This document shows, one piece after another, positions 62,219 through 64,000 of a DNA stretch of 64,000 bases. The notes beneath the pieces were generated by a model that did no database searches, was not told the DNA's origin, and saw only the letters and a list, made by a program, of their open reading frames with translations. This DNA is from Candidatus Woesearchaeota archaeon (GTDB lineage Archaea; Nanobdellota; Nanobdellia; Woesearchaeales; 21-14-0-10-32-9). The translations under genes and the position numbers were made by a program. The stretch lies in the NCBI GenBank assembly GCA_046543095.1, contig JBKHAC010000001.1:56858-120857 (forward strand). The letters run 5' to 3'. Positions within the stretch are counted from its first letter, which is position 1. Each line of letters begins with the position of its first letter.

Positions 62219-64000
62219 TTATCTGCCTAGTTGTTCTTCTTTTTCTGCTATTGTTATTCTTGTTTTAACAACTGTGTCAGGGTTTAAGCTTATGCTTTGT
62301 ATTCCTTCTTCGACGAGGAATTCTGCGAAGTCTGGGAAGTCGCTTGGTGCTTGTCCGCATATTCCTATGTATTTTCCTTTGTCGTTTGCAACTTTTATTA
62401 CGCTTCTGAGGAATTTTTTTACTGCTTCGTTTCTCTCGTCATATACGTGGCTGACTAATTCTGAATCTCTATCTACTCCGAGTGTCATTTGTGTTAAATC
62501 GTTGCTTCCGATGCTGTATCCGTCGAATATATCTAGGAATTCTTCTGCGAGGATTACGTTGGATGGAATTTCGCACATTGCGTATACTTTAAGTCCGTTG
62601 TGTCCTTGTTTTAGGCCGTTTTCTGCGAGGATTTTTAGTACTTTTTTTCCTTCTTCTATGGTTCTGCATATTGGTACCATTATAATTACGTTGTTTAGGC
62701 CGAATTCGTTTATTACTTTGTGGAATGCTTTGCATTCAAGGTCGAATGCTGGTTTGTATTTTGGGTCGTAATAGCGTGATGCGCCTCTCCAGCCTATCAT
62801 TGGGTTGTCTTCTTCTGGTTCGAATTCTCGTCCTCCAAGTAGGTTCGCATATTCATTTGATTTGAAATCTGAAAGTCTCACTATTACATCTTTTGGGTAG
62901 AATGCTGCTGCGATTGTTCCTATTCCTTGTGCGAGTTTATCCACGAAGAATTCTTTTTTATCGTCGTATCCGTAGGTTAGTTCCGCTATTTTTTCTTTGG
63001 CATCTTTATTTTTTAAATTGTCAAAGTTCATTAATGCGAGTGGGTGTGCAACGATACTGTTATTTATTATGAATTCTTCTCGTGCAAGTCCTACGCCTTC
63101 ATTTGGTATGAAGCTTAAATCGAATGCTTGACTTGGGTCTCCAACGTTCATCATTACTTTTGTTTTTGGTTTTTTTACTGCGCCGAGGTCTAGTTTTTCT
63201 ATTTCGAAATTTAGTAATCCTTTGTATACGTAGCCTTCATCTCCTGATGAGCAATCTACTGTTACGTCGTCGCCTGTTTTTAGTTTGTCTGTTGCATTTC
63301 CTGAGCCGACGAGGCAAGGTATTCCAAGTTCTCTTGAGATGATTGCTGCGTGGCAGGTTCGTCCGCCTCTGTTTGTGACTATTGCTGATGCTATTTTCAT
63401 TATTGGTTCCCAGTCTGGGTCGGTCATATCTGTTACGAGTACTTCTCCTTTTTTGAATTGTCTTATATCTTTTACATCTTTAATTACGTTCGATTTTCCT
63501 TTTCCTATTCTTGCGCCGACGCTTCTTCCTGTTACTAGTTTTTCTCCTTTTTCTTTTAGGACGTATGTTTCTAGGATATTTGTGTCTTTTCTGCTTTGTA
63601 CTGTTTCAGGTCTTGCTTGTACTATGAATAATTCGCCTGTTTTTCCGTCTTTTGCCCATTCCATATCCATTGGTTTGAAGTATCCTGCTTTCTGTGAGTA
63701 GTGGTCTTCTATTATTTGCGCCCATTTTGCAAGTGTCAGTACATCTTCATCGCTAATGCAGAGAATTTTTTGTTCTTCCTCAGGTACAGGTATATTTTTT
63801 ACAGTGTTATTTCCTTGCATATCATATACCATTCTGATGTGTTTTGATCCTACTTTTTTGGTTATTATTGGTTTATATCCTTCTCTTAGTTTTGGTTTGA
63901 ATACGTAGAATTCGTCTGGGTTTACTGCGCCTTGTACTACGTTTTCGCCGAGGCCGTATGCCGCTGTAATTAGTGTTGCGTCTTTAAATCCTGTTTCTGT
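62219..64000 (-). CDS. ppsA: phosphoenolpyruvate synthase (PpsA), 5'-partial at window end
   Basis: The frame is open from 64000: 'TETGFKDATLITAAYGLGENVVQGAVNPDEFYVFKP...'. Phosphohistidine swivel 'TNRGGRTCHAAIISRELGIPC'. PEP-binding TIM barrel 'SIGSNDLTQM' and 'GICGQAPSD'. The ORF track lists only 62219-63832. Confidence 0.93.
   Translation of the reverse strand, partial: TETGFKDATLITAAYGLGENVVQGAVNPDEFYVFKPKLREGYKPIITKKVGSKHIRMVYDMQGNNTVKNIPVPEEEQKILCISDEDVLTLAKWAQIIEDHYSQKAGYFKPMDMEWAKDGKTGELFIVQARPETVQSRKDTNILETYVLKEKGEKLVTGRSVGARIGKGKSNVIKDVKDIRQFKKGEVLVTDMTDPDWEPIMKIASAIVTNRGGRTCHAAIISRELGIPCLVGSGNATDKLKTGDDVTVDCSSGDEGYVYKGLLNFEIEKLDLGAVKKPKTKVMMNVGDPSQAFDLSFIPNEGVGLAREEFIINNSIVAHPLALMNFDNLKNKDAKEKIAELTYGYDDKKEFFVDKLAQGIGTIAAAFYPKDVIVRLSDFKSNEYANLLGGREFEPEEDNPMIGWRGASRYYDPKYKPAFDLECKAFHKVINEFGLNNVIIMVPICRTIEEGKKVLKILAENGLKQGHNGLKVYAMCEIPSNVILAEEFLDIFDGYSIGSNDLTQMTLGVDRDSELVSHVYDERNEAVKKFLRSVIKVANDKGKYIGICGQAPSDFPDFAEFLVEEGIQSISLNPDTVVKTRITIAEKEEQLGR

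Overview
Visibly AT-rich, gene-dense archaeal chromosome fragment with about 75 genes, mostly on the minus strand. GC content was not computed. All homology calls come from motif recognition by eye; no searches were run.

Archaeal identity rests on several genes. There is a PIN - Rpo7 - Spt4 - S24e - S27ae cluster (29561-31301), Taw1/TYW1, an archaeosine-type tRNA-guanine transglycosylase, a Trm11-like THUMP methyltransferase, FtsZ, and FlaI/PilB-type ATPases with class III (pilin-type) signal peptides. The streamlined content, the many secreted or adhesin-like proteins and several bacterial-looking metabolic genes fit a DPANN-type episymbiont. That placement is inference only.

Main blocks:
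- 3356-10075: five pilin-like genes, including a 953-aa vWA-domain pilin, plus a Cys-rich secreted protein.
- 12022-20779: two tandem paralogous type IV filament assembly modules, each an ATPase plus two half-size T2SSF membrane proteins.
- 21509-25187: an overlapping operon of a BshA-like GT4, two PIG-L deacetylases and an ATP-grasp ligase.
- 39531-42282: class II and class I aldolases plus a PfkB kinase.
- Housekeeping genes: AsnRS, tRNA-Gly(GCC), and PEP synthase (5'-partial at the window end).

Non-genic structure:
- A 165-bp MITE family in three copies, each with an 8-bp target-site duplication.
- A second, single-copy MITE-like element.
- A 193-bp hairpin-dense repeat present twice, 56 kb apart.
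- A 17-nt duplicate of the tRNA-Gly 3' end next to a GC-rich island.
- Two reading frames (a rhomboid protease and a 99-codon frame) that continue through an in-frame TAG.

No CRISPR array and no rRNA were seen.
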